A stretch of 35,349 nt of DNA from contig CAYWJO010000036.1 in assembly GCA_964458565.1 (NCBI GenBank), positions 1-35,349 of the forward strand, in the 5' to 3' direction. Source of the DNA: an uncultured archaeon (GTDB taxonomy: Archaea; Asgardarchaeota; Thorarchaeia; Thorarchaeales; Thorarchaeaceae). Positions 1 to 10,338 of this stretch are shown here, one piece after another (the first letter of the stretch is position 1; every line of letters begins with the position of its first letter). The notes under the pieces are model-generated. The model was not told where the DNA came from and did no database searches. It saw nothing but the letters and a program-made list of their open reading frames with translations. The position numbers and the translations under genes are program-made.

Positions 1-1
1 G

Positions 2-445
2 ATTATTGCTGATGAGCCAACTACATCTCTAGACGTTATTGTTGAAGCCCAGATTCTGGAGGAGATGGCTGAGCTAAAGGAAATGTTCAATCTCACAATG
101 ATTTTGATAACACATAATCTAGGAGTCTTAGCGGAGAATGCAGATGATATTGCAATCATGTATACAGGACGTCTCGCAGAAGTTGCATCAACTGAGGACC
201 TTTTCGAGAACCCACAACATCCGTATACCCAAGCGCTTCTCCAATCTGTGCCAGATGTAACAAAGCCCGAAAAGAAACTATCATGGATTCCAGGTGCACC
301 CCCGGATCTTGTGGATGCACCAAAAGGATGCATGTATCATCCTAGATGCCCGTTCGTAATGGCAATTTGCAAAGAGGCTGTTCCACCGTTAATAGAGAGT
401 GAAACAGGTGGGTTAGTGTCCTGCCATCTTTATGGAGGCGCATGA
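2..445 (+). CDS. oppD: Oligopeptide/dipeptide ABC transporter ATP-binding subunit (5'-truncated by window edge)
   Basis: Frame is open from base 2 (IIADEPTTSLDV, Walker B/D-loop); ITHNLG switch; C-terminal HPYT motif and Cys cluster GCMYHPRC..C...P...SCH. Confidence 0.92.
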   Translation: MIADEPTTSLDVIVEAQILEEMAELKEMFNLTMILITHNLGVLAENADDIAIMYTGRLAEVASTEDLFENPQHPYTQALLQSVPDVTKPEKKLSWIPGAPPDLVDAPKGCMYHPRCPFVMAICKEAVPPLIESETGGLVSCHLYGGA

Positions 446-446
446 T

Positions 447-1427
447 ATGAATCTAATAGAGGTCATCAATGTTGAGAAATACTTCCCTGTCGCGCAGAGT
501 TTTCTAGAACAGATCTTTTCAAGAAAAGGAGAGTATGTTCGAGCTGTAGATAGAGTTTCTTTCAATATTGAAAGAGGGGAAGTATTAGGATTAGCAGGTG
601 AAAGTGGGTCGGGTAAGACAACAATGGGGCGATTATGCGTCCGTCTTATTCGACCAACTGCAGGGAGTATTATCTATAATAAAATGGATATTGCGAAGAT
701 TGAAGGCAAAGACCTCAGACTACTTCGAAGGAAGATACAATTCACATTTCAAGATCCAACTTCATCTTTGAATCCACGTTTAAGTGTTGGTGATGCAATA
801 GCAGATGCACTACGTCTACAAGGAATTGGTACACCTCCCGAAAGGAAAGAGAGGGCGGTAGACGTTCTCGAAAGAGTAGGACTGTCACCTGCTGAGTCGT
901 TCTATGATCGACGCCCACATCAGCTATCTGGAGGCCAGAAGCAACGGGTTGTCTTTGGAAGAGCTATCATCATGGAGCCAGAGTTCGTAGTGACAGATGA
1001 GCCAGTTGCAATGGTTGATGTCTCAATCAAAGCTCAACTCCTAGAACTTATGATGGACTTGAAAAAAGAGCTCGATTTGACATACCTCTTCATTTCACAT
1101 GACTTAGCGACTTCAAGACATGTCTGTGATAGAATCGCAATCCTATATCTTGGTAAACTTATCGAGATAGGGTCAGATGATTTAGTGTATGAAGAACCAC
1201 TTCATCCATATACAGAGGGCCTTATCGGAGCTATACCAGTCCCAGATCCAAAAGCCCAGAAATCAGCGAAGGTTCCAAGAGGTGAAATACCAAGCCCAAT
1301 CAATCCCCCGTCAGGTTGTCGGTTTCATCCACGTTGTCCAAAAGCATTTGATCGCTGCCCTCTAGAAGAGCCTGAATTAGTGGACCAAGGAAATGGCCAT
1401 TTTGTTGCATGTCATCTTTACGGATAG
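447..1427 (+). CDS. oppF: Oligopeptide/dipeptide ABC transporter ATP-binding subunit
   Basis: GESGSGKTT Walker A, LSGGQKQR signature, VTDEP Walker B, HPYT and GCRFHPRC tail. ATG 447 follows GGAGG (434-438) and the upstream stop; the ORF track starts at 432. Confidence 0.93.
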   Translation: MNLIEVINVEKYFPVAQSFLEQIFSRKGEYVRAVDRVSFNIERGEVLGLAGESGSGKTTMGRLCVRLIRPTAGSIIYNKMDIAKIEGKDLRLLRRKIQFTFQDPTSSLNPRLSVGDAIADALRLQGIGTPPERKERAVDVLERVGLSPAESFYDRRPHQLSGGQKQRVVFGRAIIMEPEFVVTDEPVAMVDVSIKAQLLELMMDLKKELDLTYLFISHDLATSRHVCDRIAILYLGKLIEIGSDDLVYEEPLHPYTEGLIGAIPVPDPKAQKSAKVPRGEIPSPINPPSGCRFHPRCPKAFDRCPLEEPELVDQGNGHFVACHLYG

Positions 1428-1478
1428 GTTTGAAGTCATAGGATTAAACCTAAATCATAGCACTGCTGTTTCAAGATT

Positions 1479-2528
1479 ATGCCATACATAGACTTACGAA
1501 GCGATACAGTGACGAAACCAACAGATGAGATGATTGAAGCAATTGTACGAGCTCATAAGGAAGACCGATTTGGTGATGACGTAAGTGGAGAAGATGAGAT
1601 AGTTAATGAGCTTCAAGAGAAAGCAGCCAGAATTCTGGGAAAGGAAGCTGCACTCTTAGTAACATCTGGCACGCAAGGAAATGTCATTTCATTACTTGCG
1701 CAAACAAATCGTGGAGATGAAGTGGTTGTGGAAGAAATGTCCCATACCTTTCTCTTCGAAGGAGGGGCAATGTCGTCTCTAGGGGGGCTCTTTCCAAAGC
1801 CTGTCAAAGGCGTTAGAGGATACATTAAACCTGAAGCCCTATTATCAGCAATCAGTGCAGATGATGCACATTATGCGAAAACAGCAATGGTAGTTATTGA
1901 GAACACACACAATTATGCAGGAGGGATCATAATCACACCTGAGAAGGTGAATAATCTTGTCACTACAGCACATGAGAATGGTCTCAAGGTTCATGTTGAT
2001 GGTGCTAGATTGTTTAATGCAGCTGTTGGATTACAGATTCCTCCAAAGGATCTTGTGAAAAACGTCGATTCTGTGCAGATTTGCTTGAGCAAAGGATTGT
2101 CCGCACCAGTAGGTTCAATTATCGCAGGTACAGAGGAATTCATTTACAAATCCCATCGTTTCAGAAAGAAATTGGGAGGGGGAATGCGTCAAGCTGGAAT
2201 AATTGCAGCTCCAGGAATTATTGCCATCGAAAAGATGGTTGATAGATTGAAGGAAGATCATGAGAATACACAGTATCTCTATGAACGTCTCTCACAGGTC
2301 AAAGGTCTTGAGATAGAAAAGCCAGACACGAATATTTTGTTCATTGAATATGGTGATTTTAAAATCAATGCCGAGAAAATGGCGCAGGAACTAAAGAAGC
2401 GAGGTATACTAGTATATGGCGAATATGGAACGCGCACTAGGTTTGTTTGTCATCGTATGATTAGTCGTGATGACGTAACCACAGCAGCTGATGCAGTTAT
2501 TGAGATTTTGACATCCCACACTCAATGA
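1479..2528 (+). CDS. ltaE: Low-specificity L-threonine aldolase (PLP-dependent)
   Basis: IDLRSDTVTKP N-terminus, SGTQGN, ENTHN, HVDGARLFNA, CLSKGLSAPVG (PLP lysine), GGGMRQAG. Confidence 0.93.
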   Translation: MPYIDLRSDTVTKPTDEMIEAIVRAHKEDRFGDDVSGEDEIVNELQEKAARILGKEAALLVTSGTQGNVISLLAQTNRGDEVVVEEMSHTFLFEGGAMSSLGGLFPKPVKGVRGYIKPEALLSAISADDAHYAKTAMVVIENTHNYAGGIIITPEKVNNLVTTAHENGLKVHVDGARLFNAAVGLQIPPKDLVKNVDSVQICLSKGLSAPVGSIIAGTEEFIYKSHRFRKKLGGGMRQAGIIAAPGIIAIEKMVDRLKEDHENTQYLYERLSQVKGLEIEKPDTNILFIEYGDFKINAEKMAQELKKRGILVYGEYGTRTRFVCHRMISRDDVTTAADAVIEILTSHTQ

Positions 2529-2529
2529 T

Positions 2530-2802
2530 TCATGAGAGTTTCTCTCTTGCTTCTCGAACCATTCGAACAACATGGCTTTCCCATGAGGGCTCAAGTTCTA
2601 CTGCACGCTCAGCACACCTGATCGCTTCTTTGTACTGTCCTAACTTGTGATGTAGTTTACCTTTGTAAAACCAAGCATGCGCATAGTCGTCAGCAATATC
2701 AATTGCCTTTCCAAATGCTTCGAGAGCTTTCTCGTATTCGCCTTTCACTTCATAACCTTTGGCCATGCGATAGAAGTCGAACCGAGTCTTTCCGTCTTCC
2801 AT
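2530..2802 (-). CDS. Small TPR protein (90 aa)
   Basis: Two TPR units (GEYEKALEAFGKAI; AWFYKG...LGQYKEAIRCAERAVELEP). ATG 2802 is preceded by GGAGGT; the ORF track extends to 2844. Confidence 0.82.
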   Translation of the reverse strand: MEDGKTRFDFYRMAKGYEVKGEYEKALEAFGKAIDIADDYAHAWFYKGKLHHKLGQYKEAIRCAERAVELEPSWESHVVRMVREAREKLS

Positions 2803-2918
2803 ATTAATGAAACCTCCGGCATGATATAATGTACGCAAGAGCAAATAAGCTTAACACATTTGTTGAAAAATTAGATTTTCATCCAATGAATTGCGCATCC
2901 TAATTATATTTCCAATAA

Positions 2919-3323
2919 TTAGTTGTGCTCTTGACAGAGCTCCATAAGAACCCCACCTGTAGTCGTTGGGTGAATAAACGCAATCTGCATATTATGTGCA
3001 CCAATACGGGGTTCATTGTCAATAAGTCGTGCAGAAGCTTGTTGATGTAATGAGATCTCTTTCTCAATATCATCAACTTGAATTGCAATATGATGGATCC
3101 CTCCACCTCGTTTTTCAAGAAACTTGGAAATGGGGCTCTCATCTGATGTGGGTTCCAGCAATTCGATACTGCTCTCTCCTAATTTAAAGAAGGCAACTTT
3201 TACTTTCTGCTCAGGCACCACTTCCGAACCTGTGTATTCAAGTCCTAGAATATCTCGATAATATGGAATCCAATCCTCAAGACTTGTCACAGCAATTCCA
3301 ATATGCGCAATTTTCTTAGTCAT
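2919..3323 (-). CDS. mce: Methylmalonyl-CoA epimerase (VOC fold)
   Basis: HIGIAV, IELLEP, SPISKFLEKRGGGIHHIA, FIHP...GGVLMEL; directly downstream of the mutase. Confidence 0.95.
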   Translation of the reverse strand: MTKKIAHIGIAVTSLEDWIPYYRDILGLEYTGSEVVPEQKVKVAFFKLGESSIELLEPTSDESPISKFLEKRGGGIHHIAIQVDDIEKEISLHQQASARLIDNEPRIGAHNMQIAFIHPTTTGGVLMELCQEHN

Positions 3324-3334
3324 TTTTTCATCTC

Positions 3335-5005
3335 CTAAAAAATATCAGGCGCTCGATACTCACCAAATTCATCCCGAAGCACCCCACAAATTTCACCAAG
3401 CGATGCATATGATTTCACAGCATGCAGAATAAAGGGAATTAGATTTTCGCTTCCTTTGGCCGCATCACGGAGTTGATCTAGTGCATCATCAATTAAGGTA
3501 GAGTCACGAATCTTTAGAATATGCTCAAGGCCTTCGATTTGCTCAGATTCAGCCTTGGGATTCAGTCTGAGGTAGTCGAATTGCTGCTCTTCATCAACCG
3601 TGAACATATTCACCCCAACAACAGTGCGAGAGCCTTCATCCACCATTTTCTGGTAAGTATATGCGCTATTATGAATTTCACTTTGAATGAATCCCCTTTC
3701 GATTGCGAACGGAGACCCACCCATTTGATCAATTCTTTCTATGTACTCTTCAGCTCTCTTCTCAATCTCATCAGTTAAGCTTTCAATATAGTATGACCCA
3801 GCTAAGGGGTCAATTGTATCGCTGACACCAGTTTCGTATGCGATGATTTGTTGAGTGCGAAGTGCAATCTGAACAGATGCTTCGGTAGGTAAGGATAGTG
3901 CCTCATCACGAGAGTTGGTATGAAGAGATTGGGTTCCTCCTAATACTCCCTGAAGAGCTTGAAGCGTAACTCGGACCACATTATTATCAGGTTGCTGAGC
4001 AGTCAGTGTACATCCAGCTGTCTGAGTATGAAATCGCATCCTACAGGAATCATCATTTTTAGCTCTAAAGCGTTCCTTCATAATTCGAGCCCATAACCTT
4101 CTTGCAGCTCGGAATTTAGCGACCTCTTCGAAGAAATCACTGTGAGAACCAAAGAAGAATGATAGACGAGATGCAAATGCATCAATATCCAATCCAGCAT
4201 CAATTGCAGCTTGGACATAGGCAATCCCATTAGCAAGGGTGAATGCTACCTCTTGAACTGCAGTAGAACCTGCTTCTCGAATGTGATAACCGCTAATGGA
4301 GATTGTATTCCACAAAGGCATCTTTTCCGAACAGAACTTGAAAATGTCAGTGATTATTCGCATAGATGGAGCTGGTGGAAATATGTAAGTCCCACGTGCA
4401 ACATATTCCTTTAGAATATCATTCTGAATTGTACCTCTAAGCTTCTCCATTGGAACACCTTGTTTTTCACCTACAGCGATATACATGCACAACAGAATAG
4501 CTGCAGGGGCATTGATAGTCATTGAAGTACTGACCGTCTCCAGTGGAATTCCATCAAGTAATCGCTCCATATCAGCGAGGGTGCTAATGGCAACTCCAAC
4601 TTTGCCGACTTCGCCTATAGCCAATGGATGGTTTGAATCATACCCAATTTGAGTTGGTAAATCAAATGCTACAGAGAGTCCAGTCTGTCCTTGTTCGAGT
4701 AGGAATTTGAATCTCTCATTAGTTTCACTTGCTGTACCAAATCCGCTATACTGACGCATAGTCCAGTATCTTCCGCGGTACATTGTTGGTTGAACACCGC
4801 GTGTGAAAGGATAAACCCCTGGAAATCCAAGTTTTTCTTCATAATTTTCCTGATTCCAATCAAGAGGAGTATAGAGGCGATTTATAGGAACATCAGAGAG
4901 GGTCAGAAAATTTACAGCACGTTCAGGAAATTTGCTGATTGTCTTCTCCACAACATTCTCTTCCCAATGCTTGAATGATTCAATCAATTTCTTTTCAGGT
5001 GACAT
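3335..5005 (-). CDS. Methylmalonyl-CoA mutase, substrate-binding (large) subunit
   Basis: [61 protein letters not shown]. Tyr in RQY and Arg in ARGTY fit methylmalonyl-CoA rather than isobutyryl-CoA specificity. Confidence 0.95.
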   Translation of the reverse strand: MSPEKKLIESFKHWEENVVEKTISKFPERAVNFLTLSDVPINRLYTPLDWNQENYEEKLGFPGVYPFTRGVQPTMYRGRYWTMRQYSGFGTASETNERFKFLLEQGQTGLSVAFDLPTQIGYDSNHPLAIGEVGKVGVAISTLADMERLLDGIPLETVSTSMTINAPAAILLCMYIAVGEKQGVPMEKLRGTIQNDILKEYVARGTYIFPPAPSMRIITDIFKFCSEKMPLWNTISISGYHIREAGSTAVQEVAFTLANGIAYVQAAIDAGLDIDAFASRLSFFFGSHSDFFEEVAKFRAARRLWARIMKERFRAKNDDSCRMRFHTQTAGCTLTAQQPDNNVVRVTLQALQGVLGGTQSLHTNSRDEALSLPTEASVQIALRTQQIIAYETGVSDTIDPLAGSYYIESLTDEIEKRAEEYIERIDQMGGSPFAIERGFIQSEIHNSAYTYQKMVDEGSRTVVGVNMFTVDEEQQFDYLRLNPKAESEQIEGLEHILKIRDSTLIDDALDQLRDAAKGSENLIPFILHAVKSYASLGEICGVLRDEFGEYRAPDIF

Positions 5006-5973
5006 TACTCACACTCCTCCTTATAACTGGAGAGAAACTTTACTATAAGCCGTTCAGCAACACTATAGGGATCTTCATCTTTCTGTGCAATCCGTTCAAT
5101 TGCCTTCTTGTACTCGGGTCGACCTTGGAGCTGAGCAAGGAGTTCGCGAGTCAACTTATACTCCATAATGGATTCAAGTTCATCTTTGCTTCTCGCGAGA
5201 CTGCGCTTCTCCATCAATCCACATTCTTTCAGATACCTGAGGTGTTCCTCGATTTTGTCTGCGAGTTCTGAGATTCCTTCACCATTTCTCGCGGATGTAA
5301 GCATCACTGGTGGTGTCCATCCTGTGTTTCTTGTGTCGAGTTCAAGCATGGCCTTGATTGCATTTACTTTGATGTCTGCGCCAGGTAGGTCTTTCTTATT
5401 GACAACAAAGATGTCAGCTATTTCCATTATTCCAGCTTTAATTGCCTGAATATCATCACCACTTCCAGGAACATCAGTGACTATTACAGTCTGTGCAACC
5501 TCAACAATTTCAACTTCTGACTGTCCAGCTCCGACGGTCTCTACAATTATCACATCTTTTCCAAAAGCATCAATTACACGAATTGTATCAGATGTTGCGC
5601 GTGCAATTCCACCAAGATGACCTCGAGTACCCATACTTCGAACATATACATCCTTGTCCAATGCATGCTCCTGCATGCGGATTCTATCACCAAGAAGAGC
5701 GCCACCAGTGAAAGGGCTTGATGGATCTACAGCAATGATTCCTACGGTTTTTCCTCTTGACCTATATTCTGATGTTAATTTCGTGACTATTGTGCTTTTT
5801 CCAGACCCTGGAGGACCAGTAATACCAACTATATGCGCTGTACCTGTGTGTTTATACAATTTACTCAATGCAGCAAAGGTGGAAGGATCTTCATTCTCGA
5901 TTAGTGATATTAAACGGGCAAGGGCCAGGCGTTTCCCAGAGAGAACACCCTCCACTAGGTCCTCGATGGACAA
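5005..5973 (-). CDS. meaB: Methylmalonyl-CoA mutase-associated GTPase
   Basis: [61 protein letters not shown]; overlaps the mutase start by 1 nt. Confidence 0.95.
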   Translation of the reverse strand: MSIEDLVEGVLSGKRLALARLISLIENEDPSTFAALSKLYKHTGTAHIVGITGPPGSGKSTIVTKLTSEYRSRGKTVGIIAVDPSSPFTGGALLGDRIRMQEHALDKDVYVRSMGTRGHLGGIARATSDTIRVIDAFGKDVIIVETVGAGQSEVEIVEVAQTVIVTDVPGSGDDIQAIKAGIMEIADIFVVNKKDLPGADIKVNAIKAMLELDTRNTGWTPPVMLTSARNGEGISELADKIEEHLRYLKECGLMEKRSLARSKDELESIMEYKLTRELLAQLQGRPEYKKAIERIAQKDEDPYSVAERLIVKFLSSYKEECE

Positions 5974-5989
5974 GATGAATACCTCACAT

Positions 5990-6391
5990 CTAGAGTTTTA
6001 CATTACTCTGAATATATTCGACTATATCAGAGAGGGGTGTACCTGGACCAAATATTTCGGAGATTCCAGATTTCTTTAATCCAGGAATATCATCTTCAGG
6101 AATTATTCCGCCACCAACAACAAGGATGTTATCAGCTCCCTCTTGTCTAAGTAATTCCATCACCTTCGGAAAGATGGCATTATGCGCTCCACTTAGAATA
6201 CTGAGACCAATACAATGAGCACCCTCTTGAATCGCAGTTTCCACAATCATTTCTGGTGTTTGTCGAAGACCGGTATAGATAACTTCCATGCCAGCGTCTC
6301 TGAGAGCGCGAGCGACTACCTTTGCGCCACGGTCGTGACCATCTAGTCCCGGTTTCGCAACGACTACACGTATTTTTTTAGATGAACTCAA
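5990..6391 (-). CDS. Methylmalonyl-CoA mutase cobalamin-binding (small) subunit
   Basis: [13 protein letters not shown] (DxHxxG base-off/His-on motif), [20 protein letters not shown]. Confidence 0.95.
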   Translation of the reverse strand: MSSSKKIRVVVAKPGLDGHDRGAKVVARALRDAGMEVIYTGLRQTPEMIVETAIQEGAHCIGLSILSGAHNAIFPKVMELLRQEGADNILVVGGGIIPEDDIPGLKKSGISEIFGPGTPLSDIVEYIQSNVKL

Positions 6392-6533
6392 GAACCCACC
6401 TCAAGTTGGTTTGGCTGAGACGATGCTTGCTGGAACGATATAAAGCCTTTCTATTGTTTAAAAGACAGTAGGATTCAGCCGGAGAGCTATTATAGTCTTC
6501 ATGTAAACAATCAGACAGGGAGTCGGAGAATAG

Positions 6534-6806
6534 ATGACCGCAGAAATAGATGAAATGACTGAATTCGATTGGTTCGCTGAAGGGAAGAAACTCGAGGCTA
6601 GCGGAGATTATGAAGGAGCCATCAAAGCTTATGATGAATCTATCAAACTTCGACCCGATCTAGCTAAATCTTGGTTCTACAAAGCGGTTCTCCATTACAA
6701 ACTAGGACAGAATGAGAAGGCTACTGAATGTGCGAAGAAAGCAATAGAGCTAAAGCCATCCTGGGAGAAATTACTCAAAAAGGACTATCCGGAATTTCCA
6801 ATCTAG
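6534..6806 (+). CDS. Small TPR protein (90 aa), paralog of 2530..2802
   Basis: GDYEGAIKAYDESIKLRP; SWFYKA...LGQNEKATECAKKAIELKP; GGAG upstream of ATG. Confidence 0.85.
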   Translation: MTAEIDEMTEFDWFAEGKKLEASGDYEGAIKAYDESIKLRPDLAKSWFYKAVLHYKLGQNEKATECAKKAIELKPSWEKLLKKDYPEFPI

Positions 6807-6812
6807 TGGTCT

Positions 6813-7265
6813 TTACAAGAGTGCTGAAGATGAATCGGGATATAGTAGGACATATACTGCTTGATTGAGAGTCATGACCTTAGAGTCCACCCACCGCATG
6901 ACCATATCGACATTACCCTGGGACGAAACTCTTGAGAGTGCAGATAATGTGGCGTTCCTACTAGTCTCATTAGAAAGCAGTTTCTCAACGGTCTGAACAA
7001 GAATTAACTGTCGTACATCTGGATCCGTTTCGGTCAACCAATATAGAATATTCTCTTTGGTTGTGTGCTCAATCTTAGCTTTATCTGCAACAGAGTCTAC
7101 CGCATTAGTGATTCTATCTCGAGCCTCTTTATCACGCATACCCTTCAATTCATTCTCGATAATTGTCACAAGAGCTTCTGTATTTTCAGGATCGTGCAGA
7201 AGGATATCTACTAAATCAGTTCGTGCTTTTAATGGACCCGGTTCGTCTTTACTCAACAAAGGCAA
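6813..7265 (-). CDS. Hypothetical all-alpha protein
   Basis: 150-aa ORF with natural composition filling the gap between convergent and co-directional neighbours; no motif recognised. Confidence 0.7.
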   Translation of the reverse strand: MPLLSKDEPGPLKARTDLVDILLHDPENTEALVTIIENELKGMRDKEARDRITNAVDSVADKAKIEHTTKENILYWLTETDPDVRQLILVQTVEKLLSNETSRNATLSALSRVSSQGNVDMVMRWVDSKVMTLNQAVYVLLYPDSSSALL

Positions 7266-7344
7266 ACTCCAATTATTATACTGTGTGCAGTGAATGGAAT
7301 TCTATTCCTCTAATATGTCTTGTTTGTGGGTCCCATTATTATTC

Positions 7345-8088
7345 TCACAAGTATTCGACTAATGCTGATACTTTATTGAGTATTAAATCAGGTGTTATTG
7401 ATTCCTTATATTGGTCCATTACAGTTTCAAGATCTCTATTACGAGCGTTAATCCAAATTGTACGCATACCAACTTTAGCTGCACCAACGATGTCAGCATA
7501 GTATTCATCTCCTACAAACAAGGTTGAACCGATAGATGTACTAAGAGACTCTAATGCAATATCAAACACTCTTCTCATTGGTTTATAGCCCTGAATAGCC
7601 GCACCATCAAGAACAACATCAAAGAATGAATCCATTCCAGATTTTTGAAGAATAATCTCAGCATTTCCTTCAAAGCTGTTTGTGATTACTGCCATCTTGT
7701 AATTTCGGTCCTGAAGATTCTTCAGGAGCTCATTCACGCCAGGATAGGGAGTTGATAGTTCAACGTGTAGGCTTTTGAAATTGAGAGCAGCGGCATCAAG
7801 TGTATCAGAATCTGCCATAAGACCGTTGTCAAACAAGCTGAGACGCATAGCTTCCCGGACGACCTGTAATGGAGGAATATAGGATGCGCCTTCTGCTATG
7901 TCGCGAATCAATCTAAAATAATGATGAACCACGCTACGGAGATAGCGTTCCTGAACTTCGTTACTGGTTTCGTTCATCTTTGATAATAACCACTGAACAG
8001 CTCTTATCGGATAACTATGCGTGTCGATTAGAGTTGAATCTAAATCAAAAATGATGGCAGTCACACCATCAAAAGAAAAAGATGTCAA
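7345..8088 (-). CDS. HAD-superfamily hydrolase (subfamily IA)
   Basis: FDLDSTL motif I, VITN motif II, YKP motif III, VGDEYYADIVGA motif IV. Confidence 0.9.
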   Translation of the reverse strand: MTSFSFDGVTAIIFDLDSTLIDTHSYPIRAVQWLLSKMNETSNEVQERYLRSVVHHYFRLIRDIAEGASYIPPLQVVREAMRLSLFDNGLMADSDTLDAAALNFKSLHVELSTPYPGVNELLKNLQDRNYKMAVITNSFEGNAEIILQKSGMDSFFDVVLDGAAIQGYKPMRRVFDIALESLSTSIGSTLFVGDEYYADIVGAAKVGMRTIWINARNRDLETVMDQYKESITPDLILNKVSALVEYL

Positions 8089-8106
8089 ATCTCGCGTACA
8101 CTCCGC

Positions 8107-8880
8107 TTATTCTCCACCTTTACCGAGATAGATTCCTTTAGGGTCAAGTCGATGCATAATATCGATTTGTTCTTGTGATGGTTCTTTGGTAATAGGCACA
8201 TCATCTGGAACCATTAAGTCAAACATCACATTTTCCTTAATGTCATCCACCGAAAATCCAGGATGAACGGACATAAGACGAATCCTCTTGGAGGTTGGAT
8301 CAAAATCAAATTGGCACCAATCTGTGATTACAACCTCAGGACCTCCACCAACCATAGACCACTTCTCACGAGAACCAGGACCTTCTAGATGACCAGGAGA
8401 GGTCATATAATCTAAATCTTTAACAAATTTACGTTTATCATGAGACATCATTACTATCAAACGTTTAGCTGATGATGCGATATCATTTCCACCACCACTT
8501 CCTGGGAGCTTGACCTTTGGTTTCTCATATGGACCGATATAGCTTGTGTTGAGATTTCCATACTCATCTATCTGAGCAGCTCCTAGAAATCCGACGTCAA
8601 TTCGACCACCCTGTAAAAGAAAACCTAAAGTCTCGATTAAACCTATAGCCGCAGAACAACCGTAGTAGTATCGTGAGTCAGCAACGGAGAGTGGTACGGC
8701 TCTTGGACGAGCGTCGATAAAACCAGCTTCAGAGATGAGATTGGCTTTTGGTGCATGAGTTTCCTTTGCGAGGAGTGCAGCTAAGAGAGGCATTCCGGTT
8801 CCACCAAACACATTTTCACCATTTCTCACATGACTTGATGCACATGCAATTAGAAATTCAGTCTTAGTGTATTCGACCAC
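8107..8880 (-). CDS. CoA-transferase beta subunit (glutaconate/3-oxoadipate CoA-transferase type)
   Basis: GTGMP, ISEAG (catalytic Glu position of the GctB type), GFLGAAQIDEYGNLN, LPGSGGGNDIA, SVHPG. Probable GTG start at 8880; the ORF track starts at 8895. Confidence 0.9.
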   Translation of the reverse strand: MVEYTKTEFLIACASSHVRNGENVFGGTGMPLLAALLAKETHAPKANLISEAGFIDARPRAVPLSVADSRYYYGCSAAIGLIETLGFLLQGGRIDVGFLGAAQIDEYGNLNTSYIGPYEKPKVKLPGSGGGNDIASSAKRLIVMMSHDKRKFVKDLDYMTSPGHLEGPGSREKWSMVGGGPEVVITDWCQFDFDPTSKRIRLMSVHPGFSVDDIKENVMFDLMVPDDVPITKEPSQEQIDIMHRLDPKGIYLGKGGE

Positions 8881-8882
8881 TA

Positions 8883-9797
8883 TTAATACCCCCATGGCTT
8901 TCTAGCGCGTAGCTTATTCAAATTCGCCCAACCTATGAGATTGAGATATTCATAATGATTCTCAACCCCAAGGATATAATTCTCAAGATATTCCTGCCAG
9001 GTCTCCTCTTCACGACTCATCTTATGGAATAGCATTAGATGCTCCAAATCATAGTCATAGTAATCATGACACATCATTGGATGAGCAATGTAAGGAAGTA
9101 TCACTACATGATCGACATACATTGCAGGTATCTTTGTTTGGTCAGGTCTATGTCGTACTTCATCTTCATCAATCAGTTCCTCAGCTAGAACAATGAGTTT
9201 CTTTCCACAACGAGAGCCCTCGATATCTTCACCCACTATACCATCAATCTGAGCATTTCCACTCATATCTACGCGTTGTACATGGACTATACTGAAATCT
9301 GGTTGAAGTGATGGTACTAAACAGATTTTGTCGCCTGTAAATGGACAATCAATAACCTTGAGCTTGTCATCACCACGATAACGTGAGAGTCGAACCATGT
9401 CGGTTCCCATCATACTGCGTAATGGCATGAAGGGTACATTCAATGCACCGCCAAGGAACCTCATGGCCATCGCTAGGTTGGTGTAATCCTCAACTTGAAG
9501 TACGCCTTCTGAGACCCTGCGTCTTATGTTATAGGATAGACCGAGAGCTTCGATAGCTGAGAACGCAATCTCATATCGAGTTGCGACTCCAGCTCCTGCC
9601 ATAATTTCCAAATCAATCTCAGAACCACAAGTGTAAATTGTGAGGTCTCGTTTTTTCTGCCTAACCAATTCGTGAGAGAAGGCGACAGGAGCCCTCTGGA
9701 AACCAAAACCCCCCCACATTATACCTGCACCATCTGGAACCATTTTGGCAGCTTCTGCCAATGTGATACGCTTATCTTCTATTTCAGCTTCTGTCAA
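8883..9797 (-). CDS. CoA-transferase alpha subunit (GctA type)
   Basis: GGFGFQRAP, RFLGGALNVPFMP, GTD, CPFTG, HVQRVDMSGNAQI; adjacent to the beta subunit. Confidence 0.9.
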   Translation of the reverse strand: MTEAEIEDKRITLAEAAKMVPDGAGIMWGGFGFQRAPVAFSHELVRQKKRDLTIYTCGSEIDLEIMAGAGVATRYEIAFSAIEALGLSYNIRRRVSEGVLQVEDYTNLAMAMRFLGGALNVPFMPLRSMMGTDMVRLSRYRGDDKLKVIDCPFTGDKICLVPSLQPDFSIVHVQRVDMSGNAQIDGIVGEDIEGSRCGKKLIVLAEELIDEDEVRHRPDQTKIPAMYVDHVVILPYIAHPMMCHDYYDYDLEHLMLFHKMSREEETWQEYLENYILGVENHYEYLNLIGWANLNKLRARKPWGY

Positions 9798-9875
9798 ATT
9801 TTGTCACCCGAGGACCAGCATTGATTGCTAGCGTGAAATAGGCACACCTTTTATGTTTGCCTCTCGTTTTTGAAT

Positions 9876-10244
9876 TCACCACAAGATGCCAAATGGAATG
9901 AATATGAAGAAGAACAGATATGGAAGTAAGATGAAAAGTATGAAACAGCAACAACAGGTTCCACAGCAATTGCCACCCTCTCTTTTTTGCTCAGCTTGTG
10001 GAAACGCGTATCTATCGCCCTGCTGCTCGGGACCGGGACTTCTTATGAAAGAATCTCCCGATATATCGCCCATTGTGGATCTTTCTCGACCCATCTCGGG
10101 TAGTGAGAATGCTCCAAATCCAGGGATGTATTCAAAAATACCACCACAACGGTCACAACGGACTCTCATAGAGCTATCACCCTGAGGAGAAACTCCTGAC
10201 CAAGGTGCGTTTCCACAATAAGGACATACAATCTCATTAGACAT
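9876..10244 (-). CDS. Zinc-ribbon protein with Cys string and C-terminal transmembrane helix
   Basis: CPYC...CDRC at the N-terminus, a polar linker, then CCGTCCCC followed by a hydrophobic C-terminus. Confidence 0.75.
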   Translation of the reverse strand: MSNEIVCPYCGNAPWSGVSPQGDSSMRVRCDRCGGIFEYIPGFGAFSLPEMGRERSTMGDISGDSFIRSPGPEQQGDRYAFPQAEQKREGGNCCGTCCCCFILFILLPYLFFFIFIPFGILW

Positions 10245-10338
10245 ATTCAATTCACATTCTTGGAAAATTGAAAGAATCTAAGGTTTTTGGCTATGTTCAT
10301 CCAGAAGTATAATTCAAATAGCCCTTTTCACTGTTCGT

